Positions 62,002 through 64,000 of a stretch of 64,000 bases of DNA are shown here, piece by piece (the first letter of the stretch is position 1; every line of letters begins with the position of its first letter). The stretch lies in assembly GCA_963737265.1 (NCBI GenBank), contig CAVTRY010000012.1, forward strand, positions 256,001 through 320,000. The letters are read 5' to 3'. The notes under the pieces were generated by a model that did not search any database, was not told the origin of the DNA, and was given only the letters and a program-made list of their open reading frames with translations. Both the position numbers and the translations under genes were made by a program. This DNA is from an uncultured delta proteobacterium. Its GTDB lineage: Bacteria > Myxococcota_A > Polyangia > Fen-1088.

Positions 62002-62701
62002 ATGAGCCAGTACGACGCCCTCCGCGAGGAGGCCTGTGCGGCCAACCTCGAAATCGCCCGGCTCAGACTGGCGATCCTCACCTGGGGTAACGCCTCGGCA
62101 TTCGACCGAGCGGCGGGCGTCTTTGCCATCAAGCCCTCGGGCCTTGAGTACTCCCAGCTTACGCCCGAGAGCATGGTCGTCGTCGATCTCGATGGCAAGG
62201 TCGTCGCGGGGGCCATGCGGGCCTCCTCCGACACGAAGACCCACCTCGTCCTCTATCGCGCCTTCGCGGGCATACGGGGCGTCTGCCACAGCCATTCCCC
62301 CCACGCGGTCGCCTGGGCCCAGGCGAGGCGCCCTATCCCCTGCCTCGGCACCACCCACGCCGACCAGACCGCCGGCGAGATCCCTTGCACCGAAATGATC
62401 GGCGCCCAGGCCCTCGAGCGGGATTACGAGCTGGGCACGGGCGAGCTCATCGTCGAGACCTTCAAGGGCAAGAAGCCCCTTGAGATTCCGATGGTCATCG
62501 TCGCCGGCCACGGGCCCTTCACTTGGGGCGGAAGCGCCATGGCGGCGGTGCAGCTACGCGGCTGCCCTCGAGGAAGTCGCGCGCATGGCCATTCTCACGT
62601 ATCAGGTGGACCCGGGCGTAGCTCCCCTACCGGCGCACGTCATGCGCAAGCACTACGAGCGCAAGCACGGCGCAGGCGCCTACTACGGCCAGCCCAAGTA
62701 G
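62002..62701 (+). CDS. araD: L-ribulose-5-phosphate 4-epimerase (+1 frameshift near 62553)
   Basis: TWGNAS, IKPSG, SSDTKTH, GTTHAD, HGPFTWG and [13 protein letters not shown] motifs. Confidence 0.95.
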
Positions 62702-62802
62702 TTAGCGATATTTTCTAGCGCGGGCTTCGCCCGCAACCCAAGGCTTCGCGAACGTCTGACTCCTCGTCTGTCATCCCTTCGAATCACTTGCTCGCTTTCT
62801 GT

Positions 62803-62909
62803 CTGAAGAACTGTCCAAAAATTGGACAGTTCTTCAGCAGCCGAGCAGCCGGCGGCCCTCCCTTCAAAAATCTTCAAGACGGGTCCATTTATGGACACGT
62901 CTTGAGCGC
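62803..62909. repeat. Multi-hairpin dispersed repeat, short copy
   Basis: Inverted match to both ends of 28160-28323. Confidence 0.85.
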
Positions 62910-64000
62910 TGTGCCGAGACGGTGTTGCGCCGCAGCGAAGCCAGGCTTCAATCGGATGGCTTCTTGAAGCTGGCCGATCGCCCTATCGAGTTGGCCTTTC
63001 AGCTCGAACGCAATTCCCAGATCGTAGTGCGCCTCGGCATAGTCGGGGTTCAGGCGGATGGCATCCTGCAGTTTGCCAATTGCCTCGTCGATTTGGCCTT
63101 TCGAGCCGAGGGCTACGCCGAGGCTGGTGTAGGCCTCGGCGAGATCCGGTTTTAGGCGAATGGCTTCCTGGAAATCACCGATCGCCTCGTCGGTTTTGCC
63201 TCTCCTAAAAAGGGCGTTGCCCAAGTTGTTGTACGCTATCCAGCAGCCGGGGTTTCGGCTGATCGTGATTCGCCACGACGATTCCAAGTCCGTGTACATT
63301 CCGGCCTGCCGCCATGTCATTACCCCGAGTGCCAGCAACAGTAGTGCGCCAATTGCGGATTTCAGAAATCGTGCTCCACCAAGATATTTTGGGATCCCGA
63401 TCAATCCACGCGCCGCCAGCGCTATGGGCCCCAGGCTGGACAGGTAGACCCAGTGGTCACACACGAACGAATATCGCATGAAATACACATTCACGAAGCC
63501 CAGCACGGGAAACAGCGTCCCCGCGAAAAACAACAGCGCCGTGACGGGCCCCCGCCCAATGCGCTGCCTCGCCAGCCAGAGCGTGGAAAGCATCCCCAGC
63601 GCCGTCATCGGATACAGCCATTGCCTCCAGTCCCCGGCGTTGGGCTGCCAGCGCGTATAAACAAAACAGAGGTTCGCCGGCCAAAGCAGCTTGCCAAGAT
63701 AGAACCAGAACGCCCGGCCAGCAATCAGAAACCGTTGCGCAATGGTCAGGGCATAGTCCCGTCCTTGAGCTCCTACATGATTCTTCTCCAGCCAAGCTGT
63801 CACGGCACACATGCCGAGAGCCAGAGCGAAGAACGGCAGTGTTGGCAACACGTCCTCGCGCCACCGGAGTTGACCGCGCCGCCACCAGGCCACCAGCAGA
63901 ATGACCGCCGGCAAGGAGCAGACCGTGGTCTTGGCCAGCAGCGCACCCAGAAACAGGAGCAAAGCCAGAACATAGGAAAGTGACACGCAACCAGTGACAA
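62889..64000 (-). CDS. Multi-pass membrane protein with TPR repeats (TMTC-like); 5' end outside the window
   Basis: LLAK, FYLGKLLWP..L...Y and DHWVY motifs; C-terminal AYNNLG TPR repeats. Confidence 0.88.
   Translation of the reverse strand, partial: VTGCVSLSYVLALLLFLGALLAKTTVCSLPAVILLVAWWRRGQLRWREDVLPTLPFFALALGMCAVTAWLEKNHVGAQGRDYALTIAQRFLIAGRAFWFYLGKLLWPANLCFVYTRWQPNAGDWRQWLYPMTALGMLSTLWLARQRIGRGPVTALLFFAGTLFPVLGFVNVYFMRYSFVCDHWVYLSSLGPIALAARGLIGIPKYLGGARFLKSAIGALLLLALGVMTWRQAGMYTDLESSWRITISRNPGCWIAYNNLGNALFRRGKTDEAIGDFQEAIRLKPDLAEAYTSLGVALGSKGQIDEAIGKLQDAIRLNPDYAEAHYDLGIAFELKGQLDRAIGQLQEAIRLKPGFAAAQHRLGTALKTCP

Noticed and set aside
60509-62701. Programmed frameshifting or pseudogenisation of araA and araD
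   Set aside because: These are single +1 insertions without slippery sites in otherwise conserved genes. The same error type recurs at about 15445, 18400-19400 and 47400, so consensus errors are more likely.
1-64000. tRNA or rRNA genes
   Set aside because: None recognised by eye; a covariance-model scan was not possible.

Overview
GC-rich bacterial window whose gene repertoire looks myxobacterial (inferred from G/T/A-linker lipoproteins, Cys-rich surface proteins and DUF2169 modules). 1-20.9 kb: two divergent loci pairing peptidoglycan-binding proteins with calcineurin-like metallophosphoesterases. They are separated by a toxin-antitoxin (TA) island holding an IS66 (with a DUF4338 passenger and a nested ISAs1). 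The right locus has a tandemly duplicated [A-B-phosphoesterase] module resembling an effector/immunity array. 21-30.6 kb: secreted glycoside hydrolases (GH27 x2, GH39 fragment, GH128), a TPR protein, a P-II protein and a TonB receptor. 30.6-44.5 kb: a mosaic of TA pairs, gene fragments and a DUF2169/PAAR-like module. Its junctions carry a same-strand motif (GTACCCTCGGACGGGA) tied to 5' remnants of an HUH/Y1 (RAYT-like) transposase; this is the most unusual structure in the window. 44.5-50.3 kb: a TPR plus Cys-rich lipoprotein pair and more TA genes. 50.3-62.7 kb: an L-arabinose utilisation locus with two perfect LacI-type operators. Several +1 frameshifts look like long-read consensus errors. 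All family calls come from motif recognition, not database searches.
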